Positions 52,678-63,570 of a DNA stretch of 64,000 bases are shown one piece after another. Below the pieces are notes generated by a model. That model did no database searches and was not told the origin of the DNA. It was given only the letters and a program-made list of their open reading frames with translations. The DNA is from Candidatus Nomurabacteria bacterium (GTDB taxonomy: Bacteria; Patescibacteriota; Minisyncoccia; Phycocordibacterales; UBA9973), in assembly GCA_023898605.1 (NCBI GenBank), contig CP060230.1, positions 67,944 through 131,943 of the forward strand. The letters run 5' to 3'. Position 1 is the first letter of the stretch. Every line of letters starts with the position of its first letter. The position numbers and the translations under genes are program-made.

Positions 52678-53865
52678 TTAATTGTTTAATAATTCGATCG
52701 CTTTTTCCATTTGTGGATCTCTACCGTTTTCTACATCTTCTTTTGTGAACTCGACTTCATAATCTGGAGTTAGTCCTTGTTCACTTATAGATATACCGTT
52801 TGGTGTTAGCCATTTTGCTACAGTTATCTTGATAGAAGAATTTTCGGTTACAGGTATTAGTTCTTGTACTGAACCCTTACCAAATGTTTGCTCTCCGACA
52901 AGAGTTGCTTTTCCATGCTCACTCATAGCTCCAGCCATGATTTCTGAAGCTGAAGCAGAACCCTGGTTTACTAGTATTACTACATCGTATCCAGTCCCAA
53001 ACACATTGTAACCTCTACTTCTATATTCTTTTTTCTCACCTTCTTTTCCTATAGATTCTATAACTACAGTTTTACCACTAGGAAGGAACCAGCTAGTCAT
53101 ATCGATTGCGCTATCTAGGTATCCTCCTGGATTGTCTCGAAGGTCAATAATTAGTTTCTTTGTTCCAGACTTTAGAAACCTATTTAGAGAGTCTCTAAAA
53201 TCTACATGTGAGTTTTGAGAGAAACTGTATATTTGTATAACGTATATATTGTTTTCTGTGTCTTTGTAATCGTGAACATTTGGTACGTTTATGACGGCTC
53301 TTTGTACATTGATATCTAGATATTCCTCGTCTCTTTTTAAACCAAGTTTTACAGTAGTTCCTTCTTCGCCTCTTATCAAACTAACGCCTTCGCTTAGAGA
53401 AAGTCCTAGAGTGCTTATGTCGTCAATAGATATAACTATGTCTCCAGATCTGATACCAGCCTTTTCTGCTGGAGATCCTGGTAGTGGTGCAACGACAACT
53501 ATTGCTCCGTCTTTTTCATCTACTTCCATACCAACCCCACTAAACTTACCATTGACTCCTTCTAGGAATTTTTGGCTTTCTTCAGGTGTAAAAAATTCTG
53601 TGTACGGGTCCCCTACTGATTCAGTAAGGCCTTTTATTGAACCCCAGATCTTTTCTTCGTCTGTAACTTCTTTGATTGATTTTGATTCTATTATATTCCA
53701 AACCTTCCAATAAGATGCAAAGTTTGCTTCGCTTTCTTCTGCTAGTGCTCCCTCCCCTAGGCTTACTTCCAGTTTGTGGCTACCTAAAGATATACCAACA
53801 AAAAAAGACAGAACACAGAAAGTTAGTATTGTAAATAGTCTAAAAAGGTTTGTGTTTTTGTTCAT
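52678..53865 (-). CDS. ctpA: Carboxyl-terminal processing protease (S41 family)
   Basis: PDZ domain GDIVISIDD. S41 blocks IDLRDNPGGYL and VNQGSASASEIMAGA. Confidence 0.85.
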   Translation of the reverse strand: MNKNTNLFRLFTILTFCVLSFFVGISLGSHKLEVSLGEGALAEESEANFASYWKVWNIIESKSIKEVTDEEKIWGSIKGLTESVGDPYTEFFTPEESQKFLEGVNGKFSGVGMEVDEKDGAIVVVAPLPGSPAEKAGIRSGDIVISIDDISTLGLSLSEGVSLIRGEEGTTVKLGLKRDEEYLDINVQRAVINVPNVHDYKDTENNIYVIQIYSFSQNSHVDFRDSLNRFLKSGTKKLIIDLRDNPGGYLDSAIDMTSWFLPSGKTVVIESIGKEGEKKEYRSRGYNVFGTGYDVVILVNQGSASASEIMAGAMSEHGKATLVGEQTFGKGSVQELIPVTENSSIKITVAKWLTPNGISISEQGLTPDYEVEFTKEDVENGRDPQMEKAIELLNN

Positions 53866-53909
53866 ATTATCTGAACATTATCTCAAATATAAGGAGTTTT
53901 TTCAACCAA

Positions 53910-55103
53910 CTAATTTCCTGCTTCAGATGGCTCGAGAGCTTTTTCTGTGTATGTATTTGCAGGGTCCCATATAAGCCATGAATCTATACCCGCATCGTAT
54001 GTTGCTGTGATTTGTGCTCTAACCATGTCTGCTGTATATGTCGCACCGAGATTGAAGTCTTGTATCCAAGGGCGCAAGTTTTCTGCTGACTTTCCTATAG
54101 CTATAGCTCTATCTACAGCACTTTTCATTGCAATATAAACAACATCATAAGGAACTTCGGCTGGTTTTGGGAAGCCATGCCATGTGTCTGGATAATGTGA
54201 TGGATACACCATAGGACATACGTAGTCGAAATTGCGAAGCCCGTCTTCTAGAATTTGTCCTATATTTAGATCATCTGTATTTGTAGTGGTCATACCAAAT
54301 AGATCCGCAGAGCTGGGTATGCCGTCAGCTCTAAGCTTGTCACCAATAAAAGTATAAAAAGAGTTCATGACTTCTGACTTAACTTTGCCTTCGGAAACTG
54401 GATAATATATATCTTTCATATCTCCATCTGATGGGAATCTTATGTAATCAAAGTTTATTTCATCAAAACCAAGGTCATAGGAACCTTTTGCAATCCGGTA
54501 AGTATAATCCCAAACCCTTTCACTTCCTGCATCTATCCAACTTATACCTTTTCTGTCTTTCCAAACAGAATTTTTATCGCTAGCTTTTTTTACTGCTTCT
54601 TCTGGCCAAACTTTTACAATATGCGGATCTTGAAATACTGCGACCCTACCTATAACATAAATATTTTTTGAGTGCAGCTCTTCTATAAGAGACTCTATAT
54701 CTCTTATTCTGTTCTCGGTTGATCCTATTTCTTGTATAACTTCGTCATCTATCTGAAAAGCAACTTTTCCAGTGTAGTCCTTGATATCGATTATTATAGA
54801 GTTAACCTCAGTTCTTTCTACAAGAGAAATAACCGAATTTCTTATAGACGGTGTTCCTGCTACCCAACTAGTCATATAGACAGCCTTCATGCTGTCTGGA
54901 GTTTCTATATGAGAAGCTACTTTTTTGGGTTCTTCTTCTACTTCTACCTTGGCTTCGACATCACTTTCGATTAGAGATGTTTCAGCTTCGCTTTTTTGGT
55001 TTATTGCGATTAGTCCGTCTAGTTTTATATCTGGAGCTTTATAACCGACAAAGGTAAAAACACCTAGTCCGATTATTCCAAATATAAAATGATTAAACTT
55101 CAT
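53910..55103 (-). CDS. Putative glycoside hydrolase, GH-like TIM barrel (DUF4015 type), secreted
   Basis: Signal/TM helix. FDEINFDYIRFPSDG and WIDAGSERVW blocks. Confidence 0.5.
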   Translation of the reverse strand: MKFNHFIFGIIGLGVFTFVGYKAPDIKLDGLIAINQKSEAETSLIESDVEAKVEVEEEPKKVASHIETPDSMKAVYMTSWVAGTPSIRNSVISLVERTEVNSIIIDIKDYTGKVAFQIDDEVIQEIGSTENRIRDIESLIEELHSKNIYVIGRVAVFQDPHIVKVWPEEAVKKASDKNSVWKDRKGISWIDAGSERVWDYTYRIAKGSYDLGFDEINFDYIRFPSDGDMKDIYYPVSEGKVKSEVMNSFYTFIGDKLRADGIPSSADLFGMTTTNTDDLNIGQILEDGLRNFDYVCPMVYPSHYPDTWHGFPKPAEVPYDVVYIAMKSAVDRAIAIGKSAENLRPWIQDFNLGATYTADMVRAQITATYDAGIDSWLIWDPANTYTEKALEPSEAGN

Positions 55104-55467
55104 CTTTTAGATTCAAAACTTCTTTTCTTCTTATTCTTCTTCTTGGTGTTGGTTTTTCTTCTTCACTCATTACTGATATTTCTATCCCACGATCTTCTTC
55201 TGGTTCGTTTTCTGGATCTGAAGACAATTCTTCTTCCTCTTCCATTTCTACAGAAGAATCATCCTCTTCTCCGAAGTTTTCAAATCTAAGAGATCTTTTT
55301 TCTCTTATTAGTTTTGCTCTTCTCTTTTTTCTAAAAGAGTAAGAGAAAAATATGATTACTATACCGGTTATTATATAAAGTATTTTTTTGGTATCAGCTG
55401 GAAATCCAGAAAAAGACAGAACAATATTCCAGATACCAATTATCATCAAGATTCTGTATTTTGCCAT
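55093..55467 (-). CDS. Hypothetical small membrane protein with acidic C-terminal tail
   Basis: Two TM helices followed by an EEEEELSSDPENEPEEDR tail. Confidence 0.35.
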   Translation of the reverse strand: MAKYRILMIIGIWNIVLSFSGFPADTKKILYIITGIVIIFFSYSFRKKRRAKLIREKRSLRFENFGEEDDSSVEMEEEEELSSDPENEPEEDRGIEISVMSEEEKPTPRRRIRRKEVLNLKDEV

Positions 55468-55502
55468 GGTCTAATTTTACTTTAAAGCTATATTTTTGGC
55501 AA

Positions 55503-56207
55503 TTATTCTCCCCTCGGATAAACCACTACGGTTATCTCTCCTTTTACAACGGTTTTTCTTTCTAATTCTTTTATAACTTCTTCTGGGTAGCCGTATATAT
55601 GCTCTTCGTATATTTTTGTCATCTCGCGTGATACTAAAATTTTTCTAGTATTGTCTTCTTTTTTTATTTCAGAAATAGTTTTTATTATTCTGTGAGGAGA
55701 CTCGTAAAATACACACGTGTGTTCTGTCGACAAAATTTCTTTGATTGTGGAGAGCTTTCCTTTTTTTGTTGGCATAAAACCAAAAAAAGTAAATTTGTTT
55801 GAGGGTGCACCACTCACAGACAAAGATGCAATAATCGCACTCGGTCCAGGTATGGTGAAAATATTTATTTCGGGGTGATTGTCACGAATCTCTTTTAGAA
55901 GTTTTGATCCAGGATCAGAAATTGCTGGTGTTCCTGCGTCTGTGACGAGTGCTAAGTTTTTACCTTCTAGTAGTAGATCGATTATTTTTTCTGAAGAAAA
56001 AACGTTGCTTTTTGAATGATAAGAAATATATGAATTTTTTATTCCAAAAGAACTGAGCATGGTACCAGTTTTTCTTGTGTCTTCTGCAATTATATAATCA
56101 ACTTCTCGAAGTGTGTTTAGCGCTCTCTCCCCTATGTCTCCTAGATTCCCTATTGGAGTTGCTACGACGTAGAGTGTGCTTTCTGTTTTTTTATTTTCCT
56201 TTGGCAT
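55503..56207 (-). CDS. rsmI: 16S rRNA (cytidine1402-2'-O)-methyltransferase RsmI
   Basis: N-terminus LYVVATPIGNLGDIGERALNTLREVDYIIAEDTR. Confidence 0.8.
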   Translation of the reverse strand: MPKENKKTESTLYVVATPIGNLGDIGERALNTLREVDYIIAEDTRKTGTMLSSFGIKNSYISYHSKSNVFSSEKIIDLLLEGKNLALVTDAGTPAISDPGSKLLKEIRDNHPEINIFTIPGPSAIIASLSVSGAPSNKFTFFGFMPTKKGKLSTIKEILSTEHTCVFYESPHRIIKTISEIKKEDNTRKILVSREMTKIYEEHIYGYPEEVIKELERKTVVKGEITVVVYPRGE

Positions 56208-56997
56208 AAAAGAGTTTTTTACCTACGTGTAGTGGGATAAGCGCGCTAGTAACTTTCTTATATTCTTCGTATTCTTGATTGCCGGCGTATCTTTTTTCTA
56301 GAAGTGGTATGCCAGAAACTTTTGTTATTAGAATAGTTATAGTTATAGGTCCTATAATTCCAAACATAAAACCTTGAGTACACAAAGTCATAAGCCATAT
56401 TCCCCACCAAAGTGTTACTTCTCCAAAATAGTTTGGATGTCTTGTGTATTTCCACAAACCTTCTTTCATTATTTTCCCCTTATTTTCTTCTTTTTTCAAA
56501 AATCTGGAAAGCTCATAATCTCCAACTGTTTCGTATAGAAATCCAGCTACAAAAACAAGAAATCCAAATATAACAAAAATATTTTTGTAAGTTTCTGGAC
56601 TAGTACTCATGCCGATAGATACAGGTAAAACGATTAGAGAAAGCATAAATCCTTGAAGAAGATAAACTTTCAAGAAAGATTTTATTATAAAATTTTTACC
56701 CCACTTTTCTCTCCACTCTTTATATCGCCAGTCTTCTTTTTTGCTAGTATTTCTTTTTGAGATATGTACAAGTAGTCTCGTTGCCCACAAAAACACAAGT
56801 GCAAGGATTATTATTTTTGGAGTATTGATTTCACTTATATTTGTCAGAAAAAAAGAAATCGTTACAAACAAAAATCCAGGCCCCCAAGCGCTATCGGCTA
56901 TATCATTTCGATTTAGAAGCATGCCAAGCAAAAATATAACTGACATGTAGATAGTCGCAAGAATTATATTTGAGATAAGTATTTCTATTATATTCAT
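56191..56997 (-). CDS. DUF1295 / steroid-5-alpha-reductase-like membrane protein
   Basis: Motif LWKYTRHPNYFGEVTLWWGIW. Polytopic. Confidence 0.6.
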   Translation of the reverse strand: MNIIEILISNIILATIYMSVIFLLGMLLNRNDIADSAWGPGFLFVTISFFLTNISEINTPKIIILALVFLWATRLLVHISKRNTSKKEDWRYKEWREKWGKNFIIKSFLKVYLLQGFMLSLIVLPVSIGMSTSPETYKNIFVIFGFLVFVAGFLYETVGDYELSRFLKKEENKGKIMKEGLWKYTRHPNYFGEVTLWWGIWLMTLCTQGFMFGIIGPITITILITKVSGIPLLEKRYAGNQEYEEYKKVTSALIPLHVGKKLFYAKGK

Positions 56998-57000
56998 AGC

Positions 57001-57495
57001 TTATTTTAGGAATCTATCTAGGGCTATATTTACCCTTTTTCTAAAGTCTTCTTTTTGGCTTTCAAACTCTGAAACAGGCCCTACATATACGTTTTTTGGG
57101 TCTACAAAGCCCTCTAGAGCGTTGACTACGAGTTTTAGGCCTTCTATACCGCGAGCCCCTCCAACTGTCCCAGAAGAGACGCCACAAAATAGCCACTTTT
57201 TTCCACTATAGTTTGGGACCGCTCCGGCGTCTATCAGCATTTTTAGTTCCCCTGGATATCCATGATTGTATTCTGGTGTGACAACTATAAAGTGCGTTGC
57301 AACTGTGATCAGGTCATTCCACTCTTTTGTTTTTTCTGAAGATAGCCCCTCTGTATAATCATGAGCAAAGTCTCTTACATCTACTGTTTTTATTTTTGTA
57401 CTTCTTTCTTTTACTATATTTACCATCTCAGAAAAAACTTGTTCTGACTCTCTCCCCTCTCTTCCTGTTCCAAGTATGATCAAAATATTTTTCAT
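57001..57495 (-). CDS. NAD(P)H-dependent FMN reductase / flavodoxin-like oxidoreductase
   Basis: N-terminus MKNILIILGTGREGRESE...VTPEYNHGYPGELK. Confidence 0.7.
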   Translation of the reverse strand: MKNILIILGTGREGRESEQVFSEMVNIVKERSTKIKTVDVRDFAHDYTEGLSSEKTKEWNDLITVATHFIVVTPEYNHGYPGELKMLIDAGAVPNYSGKKWLFCGVSSGTVGGARGIEGLKLVVNALEGFVDPKNVYVGPVSEFESQKEDFRKRVNIALDRFLK

Positions 57496-57496
57496 A

Positions 57497-58516
57497 TTAT
57501 TTTTTTACGATTATTGTCTGTGTTGGATAAGCAATTTCTATTTTTTCTTTAGTGAATTTTTCGAATATGCTTAGCATTATTTTTTCATTTTTGTTCATAT
57601 AGGTTGCATAGTCACTTGAGTTTACGTAATAAACATTTTCAAAGATTATCGAAGAGTCTCCGAAACTAAGTAGGTTTGATCTATCGAACCTTACATCACT
57701 AACGCTTTCATGTGCAGACTTTATTATTCCAGGTATTTTTTCAAGAACATTTTTTGGTGTGTCATATGATACTCCAACGTTGAAAACTACCCTTCTCTCC
57801 TCCAATCTTTTGAAGTTTTGGATTCTAGAAGATGTTAGGTCACTGTTTGATATAACTATTTGCTCTCCTTGCAAGGCTCTTAATCTCGTTGTTTTTATTC
57901 CTATTTTTTCAACTGTACCCATTTTACCGTCTATCATGATCGTGTCTCCTATTTCAAATGGTTTGTCAAAAAATATAGAAAACGAGCTGAATAGATCAAC
58001 CAATATATTTTGTAAAGCTATCGCGATAGCGATACCACCTATACCAAGTGATGCTGCTAGAGAGGTTATATTTACACCCAAGTTCGACAAAACAAAAAGA
58101 AGTGCGATAACCCATATAACTGCACGTATTATGTTTTGTATAAATAATGCTGCTGACTTGGAGGAATCATTCTCTTCTTTGCCTATATATATTTTTGTAT
58201 AGTGTTTAACTGCAGTATTTATGATTATAACTATTTGTGTTGAAAGAAGTACTAGAAATAACTTGTCTCCCACCGACGAAAGTTTGACTCCTAAATCTTT
58301 TGAGAAAATTAGATAAAACGACAAATAAAGTAGGAACCAGTTTTTAACTGACTTAATCATACTCAATATAAGGTCATCAAACGTATTGGATGTTTTTTTA
58401 GAAAACGACGCAAAACCTTTCTTTATAAGTATGTGTACTATTTTGATTGCCAAAAAAAGTACAGCAAAAATTACAAGATCTCTTATGTATGTATTTTCTA
58501 TAATTTGTTCAAACAT
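57497..58516 (-). CDS. mscS: Mechanosensitive ion channel MscS family
   Basis: Motif ALQNILVDLFSSFSIFFDKPFEIGDTIMIDGKMGTVEKIGIKTTRLR. Confidence 0.8.
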   Translation of the reverse strand: MFEQIIENTYIRDLVIFAVLFLAIKIVHILIKKGFASFSKKTSNTFDDLILSMIKSVKNWFLLYLSFYLIFSKDLGVKLSSVGDKLFLVLLSTQIVIIINTAVKHYTKIYIGKEENDSSKSAALFIQNIIRAVIWVIALLFVLSNLGVNITSLAASLGIGGIAIAIALQNILVDLFSSFSIFFDKPFEIGDTIMIDGKMGTVEKIGIKTTRLRALQGEQIVISNSDLTSSRIQNFKRLEERRVVFNVGVSYDTPKNVLEKIPGIIKSAHESVSDVRFDRSNLLSFGDSSIIFENVYYVNSSDYATYMNKNEKIMLSIFEKFTKEKIEIAYPTQTIIVKK

Positions 58517-58518
58517 TT

Positions 58519-59223
58519 TTATATATTTATTGTGTCGGGTTGCGCTGCTTCTTTCTTGTGCATATTTCTTATTTCTCTATGATGTCTTTGGAATTGGAAT
58601 AGAGAGAAAACAAATATTGCAGAACCAACTATACCTATTATGTTTACGATAAATGTAGCGAGCGCATCTCTAACTAGAAGTAGTTCAAGTGAAGCAATAC
58701 CAACTCCGATACCAGCAAGTGGTGGGATAAGAGATACAGCTATTGCGACTCCCGGCATTGCGCCACCTATTCTAGGGTGAGCTATACCATACGATGCAAT
58801 CAACCCAGAAACTGTTGCAGTTAGGAATGATAGAAATAGATCACTAGAGAAAAATATGAAGTTTTGTTCGCTTACACCCTGTCTTCCAAAAAGAAAGGCA
58901 ACAATTGTAGAGAGTATCAATGCAAAAACTACGGATCTTATAACCATCTTGATAGAACTACTCATGATAACTGGATCATTTATAACAACACCAAGACTTA
59001 TGGTAAGTATCGGATAAAGTATCGGTGCTACGAGCATACTGGCGATAAGAACTGGTATGTTGTCTAGCATTATTGCAAAAGTCGCCAGCATAACTGACGC
59101 TACAACTAGAACGAAAAATTCTTGTTTTGGAGATGAGTTTTTAATCAAGAGAGATAGACTGTCTCGGATCTCTTGGTCCGTTACGCCTTTTGTAAGGCTG
59201 AAAAATTTCTTATTTTCTTCCAT
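58519..59223 (-). CDS. DUF389-family membrane protein
   Basis: Polytopic. Block PRIGGAMPGVAIAVSLIPPLAGIG. Confidence 0.5.
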   Translation of the reverse strand: MEENKKFFSLTKGVTDQEIRDSLSLLIKNSSPKQEFFVLVVASVMLATFAIMLDNIPVLIASMLVAPILYPILTISLGVVINDPVIMSSSIKMVIRSVVFALILSTIVAFLFGRQGVSEQNFIFFSSDLFLSFLTATVSGLIASYGIAHPRIGGAMPGVAIAVSLIPPLAGIGVGIASLELLLVRDALATFIVNIIGIVGSAIFVFSLFQFQRHHREIRNMHKKEAAQPDTINI

Positions 59224-59274
59224 ATGATATATATGCTATCACAAACGTTCTGGGTTATCTATTTGAGAGAAGTT

Positions 59275-59300
59275 TAAGCCCCGGAATAGAATCCCGGGGC
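59275..59300 (-). terminator. Hairpin terminator downstream of the 59312 gene
   Basis: AGCCCCGG-AATAGAAT-CCCGGGGCT. Confidence 0.5.
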
Positions 59301-59311
59301 TGGTTTCAGAT

Positions 59312-59722
59312 TTAGGCCGCTTTTTTGGCCGGCAGTTTTTGCTCATTTCGAAACTCCTTCGATCCTTTTTTTTGCCAGTGTTGGTGGTATTTCACTTCAA
59401 CATTCTTTCCTGTGTACCATGTGATCTTTACATCAAAGCTTCTCTTTGTGTTTCTGCACTTTATAGTGCCGATGGTTTTTTCAGGAAAAACGTGATTGAA
59501 GAATAAAATATCTTCTTCTGGAGCCACGACATATACGAAAAAATTTTCTTCGAAGAACTTTTGGACAGTTTTGGCTAATCCGTATGCATCGTTTTTGTCC
59601 CACCTTTTGTTATGAGTGGTTATTTTTATGTCCTTGCCGTGAACTCGTCTTAGTGCAATTATTTGCTTGCATCCTTTAGAAAGTTTGTGCCTCGAAATGA
59701 ATACTACTTTTTGTTCTCTCAA
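59312..59722 (-). CDS. Hypothetical basic protein
   Basis: 136 aa with no recognisable domain. Confidence 0.4.
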   Translation of the reverse strand: MREQKVVFISRHKLSKGCKQIIALRRVHGKDIKITTHNKRWDKNDAYGLAKTVQKFFEENFFVYVVAPEEDILFFNHVFPEKTIGTIKCRNTKRSFDVKITWYTGKNVEVKYHQHWQKKGSKEFRNEQKLPAKKAA

Positions 59723-59777
59723 ATTTACAAGGGTTTGTTTAACCCAGTTTATAAAAAATAAGAAATTCTGTCAAAAT

Positions 59778-60653
59778 TTACTTTCCAACAGAAAAGAGAT
59801 TGATTCTTTCTTCGATTAGATGTGAGACTGCATCTACTGCAGGTTTTAGAATCTTATACGGAGCGATTTCTTCTGGGTCGTCTTGGAGTGAAAGTTTAAG
59901 GGCGTTTTTATACGCATTTCTTATCTCTGTGTTTATATGAACAACACTTACTCCAGCTTTGATTGCTTCTACGAAATCTTCATCTGTAATTCCAGATCCC
60001 CCATGAAGTACAAGAGGTAGACCAGTAGCTTCTTTGATATCTTTGACTCTTTGTACATCTATTCTAGGATTACCACCTTTTACCATTCCATGTATGTTTC
60101 CTATTGCCGGAGCTAGGATGTGTATACCTGTATCACTGCTATAACTTTTTGCCTCTTCTGGATCTGTCATCGTTATGCCTTCTGGTATTTCTTCTAGATT
60201 CTTTGAAGAGCTACCTATATAGCCTAGCTCTCCTTCTACTAGGACTTCTCTTCCCTCTTTTTCCATAATTTCTTTTGCGTATTCGACACATTGTTTTGTT
60301 AGAGCAACGTTCTCATCATAAGGAAGTTTTGCTCCATCTACGATAACCATGTCGAAACCTGCATCTATAGCAGCTTTTACTTTCTCGAAGCTATAGTGGT
60401 GATCAGCATTTAGAAAAACAGGTATTCCCTCTTTCTCTCTCATGTTTCTGACCATTGCTACTGCTGTGGTTAATCCTACGAAACTTTCTTCTCCTTCTGA
60501 AAGTCCTAGGATTACAGGTTTTCCAGTTTTGCGTGCCGCTGAAATGATTCCGTTAAATATCCCGATTGTTGAGAAGTTGAAGTGTCCTAATGCATAACCC
60601 TCGTCTCTCGCCTCTTGTATGTATTCTTTTAGTGTTTTCATTTTATATTCCAA
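59778..60653 (-). CDS. fba: Class II fructose-bisphosphate aldolase
   Basis: N-terminus GHFNFSTIG, block NADHHYSFE, and LVLHGGSG...HINTE. Confidence 0.8.
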   Translation of the reverse strand: MEYKMKTLKEYIQEARDEGYALGHFNFSTIGIFNGIISAARKTGKPVILGLSEGEESFVGLTTAVAMVRNMREKEGIPVFLNADHHYSFEKVKAAIDAGFDMVIVDGAKLPYDENVALTKQCVEYAKEIMEKEGREVLVEGELGYIGSSSKNLEEIPEGITMTDPEEAKSYSSDTGIHILAPAIGNIHGMVKGGNPRIDVQRVKDIKEATGLPLVLHGGSGITDEDFVEAIKAGVSVVHINTEIRNAYKNALKLSLQDDPEEIAPYKILKPAVDAVSHLIEERINLFSVGK

Positions 60654-60837
60654 AAAATTTTAATAAATAAATAATAAGTAGTGCAATGATAATAAGCTGA
60701 GCGACCTTGTCAAAAGGATCCTCTAATTTTGCTGTTAGTTTGTAGAATATCCCTAGGATTACTACAACCACAAGAAGCGAAGTTAAACTCTCTATCATAT
60801 ATGTAGATTATATAACATTTTATGTAAATAAAAAAAG

Positions 60838-61296
60838 TCACGCATCGCGTGACTCTAAATCTTCCCAAAAATCTTTTGTTCTTGTTAATGCAAGAGCAAG
60901 TCCCTTCATGTTGTCTATGGGATTTTTGACTTTTGGACATAATTCACTTGGAATTTCAATTGGGAAGCAATTATACAAAATAACTTTCATATTCTCCAAA
61001 AAAGGATAGTATATACCATCCTTGCTGGGGTTTATTTTCCAGTTGTATAGTATATTTGCTTCCTCGTCTGATATTCTGATACTTTCTCTGACTCGCGTCC
61101 TAAATAATTCCAAATAAATTCTTGCTTTTTCTTTGATTTTTTCTTTTTGGATGTCTGTTTTTGGAGGGTCAGCAATTAGTTGGTTTTCATAGTGTTGAGA
61201 TTTTCTTTGAATCTTTTTACATAAGGACTCAAGAATGTTTTTTTTGACAACTTTTCTCAACTCTGCGATTAATCTTAGGCAGTCGATGTCGGTCAT
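60838..61296 (-). CDS. Hypothetical protein
   Basis: 152 aa with no recognisable domain. Confidence 0.4.
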   Translation of the reverse strand: MTDIDCLRLIAELRKVVKKNILESLCKKIQRKSQHYENQLIADPPKTDIQKEKIKEKARIYLELFRTRVRESIRISDEEANILYNWKINPSKDGIYYPFLENMKVILYNCFPIEIPSELCPKVKNPIDNMKGLALALTRTKDFWEDLESRDA

Positions 61297-61484
61297 ATTG
61301 TCTTAAGGTGCTTTTCTATATTTATACCATATTTTCCACAGTTTCTCAATAGGTTTTATATGATATAATTTTATAAACAAAGACTAGAATTTCGAGCATC
61401 TCTGATATAACCCCCAAGAAAAATCGCTATATAACCAATATGGCAGGTCTTTTTGTTTTTATTATTTTTAATTTCTAACTAATC

Positions 61485-62486
61485 ATGGGTATTTTTTCAA
61501 AAAAAATTGATTTTCTCGCGATCGGAGACAACGTAACAGACGCTTTTATAAAAATAAGTGATGCAAAAACTCACTGTAAACTAGATCAAACAAACTGCGA
61601 GCTTTGTGTACGTTTTGGTGACAAGGTTCCTTTTGACGATCTTATCGTTGTTCCGGCTGTTGGTAACGGTCCAAATGCTGCGGTTGCTGCTGCAAGGCTT
61701 GGGCTAAGCTCTGCCCTATCGGCTGCAATGGGAAAAGATACTTATGGAAAAGAGTGTCTAGAAGCACTCAAGAAAAATGAAGTCATAACTGACTATATAG
61801 ATATTGATCCAAAACTTCCTACAAACTATCACTTTATATTATGGTATGACGTAGAAAGAACTATACTTGTAAAGCATCAAGCATATGTAAGAAAACTAAA
61901 TCCAAAGATGCCAAAGCCAAGATATATATATCTAACATCTTTGGGAGAGAACACTCTAGATTTTCACAACGAGATCGCTGATTATCTAGAAAAAAACCAA
62001 GATATATTTCTTGCCTTCCAGCCCGGAACATTTCAAATGAAAATGGGTATAGAGAAACTAGGAAGAATCTACTCTAGATCAAACCTGTTTTTCTGCAATG
62101 TAGAAGAAGCACAAAGAATACTCGGAGAAGAATCGAGAGATGTAAGTATGCTTCTAGACAAGATTCATAATCTTGGACCAAAAAATGTTGTTATAACTGA
62201 CGGTATAGAGGGTGCATATGCCAGAGAAGAAAATGGCAAGAAATTCTTCGTGCCTGTTTACCCTCACGAACCATTTGAAAGAACTGGTGCTGGAGACGCT
62301 TTTGCATCTACTGTTACTGCTTACCTTGCAATGGGACTAACTTTCGAAGAAGCTCTGATAAGAGGCCCTATAAACTCTATGTCTGTAGTTCAGAAAATTG
62401 GCGCACAAGAAGGCCTACTTCCTAAAAAAGATCTAGAAGACTACCTAGCAAAAGCTCCTAGTGATTACAAAATCAAGGAGATATAA
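61485..62486 (+). CDS. PfkB-family carbohydrate kinase
   Basis: Ribokinase-like fold. GAGD motif TGAGDAFASTV. Confidence 0.75.
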   Translation: MGIFSKKIDFLAIGDNVTDAFIKISDAKTHCKLDQTNCELCVRFGDKVPFDDLIVVPAVGNGPNAAVAAARLGLSSALSAAMGKDTYGKECLEALKKNEVITDYIDIDPKLPTNYHFILWYDVERTILVKHQAYVRKLNPKMPKPRYIYLTSLGENTLDFHNEIADYLEKNQDIFLAFQPGTFQMKMGIEKLGRIYSRSNLFFCNVEEAQRILGEESRDVSMLLDKIHNLGPKNVVITDGIEGAYAREENGKKFFVPVYPHEPFERTGAGDAFASTVTAYLAMGLTFEEALIRGPINSMSVVQKIGAQEGLLPKKDLEDYLAKAPSDYKIKEI

Positions 62487-62492
62487 AACCAT

Positions 62493-62900
62493 ATGATAAG
62501 AGAAGGATTTTTCGGAAAAGATAATAGTGAAAATAATAAAAGACTAGAGAATCTGGGTGTTCAGTTAGAGTTGGATATATCAGAAGAAAAAAGTCCTGAA
62601 CAAGGACCAAAAGTTTTGAAACTTTCTGAAATACCATCATCAGAACTTTCTGACATTTTGGAAGATATGATAAAAGAATCTAGTCCACTAGATTCATGGT
62701 TAGACTTGAGAGATGAGTTCAAAGCAAAGATACAAGATTATGAAGCAAAAATACAAAACATAGAAAATGATCCAGAGTTAGAAAAGGCTGAAAATAAAAT
62801 AATGAGAAAAGAAGGACTTTTGAAAGAATATCATAGCAGTATTGCGTCTCTTAAATCTAGAGTTGAACTTTGTCAAAGAGAAATAAATAAATACAATTAA
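62493..62900 (+). CDS. Hypothetical coiled-coil protein
   Basis: Acidic, helical. Confidence 0.4.
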   Translation: MIREGFFGKDNSENNKRLENLGVQLELDISEEKSPEQGPKVLKLSEIPSSELSDILEDMIKESSPLDSWLDLRDEFKAKIQDYEAKIQNIENDPELEKAENKIMRKEGLLKEYHSSIASLKSRVELCQREINKYN

Positions 62901-62904
62901 TCTT

Positions 62905-63567
62905 ATGAGAAGATTTGAATTTTTTTCAAAGCCGGAAGATAGAGAAAAAGCAAAAGAAGCTATCAAAAAAATAGACCACAATAACTTCCCTTCTGAGGAT
63001 GCATTTGAGGAAACAAAAAACGAACTAGAAGAATCAAATAGAATCGAAACAATAATAAATTCTGAAAAAGAAAAAGGAGAATTTGGAGAAGTTGGTACAA
63101 ACAAGGCCTTGAGAGAGGCTTATAGTAAGATAGTTTCTTCAGAAGAGTATATAGAAAACTTCGAGACAGATCTAAGTGAAATACTTATATTTTTTGAGTC
63201 TCTTGAACAAAACGAGAAGTTCCCAGATGAAATAAAAGAAGCGTATAGTCGCATACCTATGTTTATAGATGCTTTAGAAAAAAGACTAGCTAATCTTTTT
63301 TCGCTAGAAAATTTCAGTGACAAAAAGTATAAAAGAAGTGAATCATACAAAGAAAGACCGGAAAAAGAAGATTCTCTTGAATATCAAGAAGGTGCAAGAG
63401 TTTTGCTTCAAAGGATCAAAAAAATAGTAGAATCAAAACCTATAGAAGACCTAGACGGAAACGAAATAAGAGAGCTAGAAAGTTTACAAGGAATTCTCAT
63501 AGCATCTTCTTCACAAATAAGACAAATAGCTTACCCAGATCTTGATGAGGGTGCTAGTTTGAACTAG
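62905..63567 (+). CDS. Hypothetical acidic helical protein
   Basis: 220 aa with no recognisable domain. Confidence 0.4.
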   Translation: MRRFEFFSKPEDREKAKEAIKKIDHNNFPSEDAFEETKNELEESNRIETIINSEKEKGEFGEVGTNKALREAYSKIVSSEEYIENFETDLSEILIFFESLEQNEKFPDEIKEAYSRIPMFIDALEKRLANLFSLENFSDKKYKRSESYKERPEKEDSLEYQEGARVLLQRIKKIVESKPIEDLDGNEIRELESLQGILIASSSQIRQIAYPDLDEGASLN

Positions 63568-63570
63568 AAA

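Noticed and set aside
60655-60800. 47-aa hydrophobic minus-strand mini-ORF between fba and the next gene
   Set aside because: Too short and unsupported. Could be a small membrane peptide, but there is no evidence.
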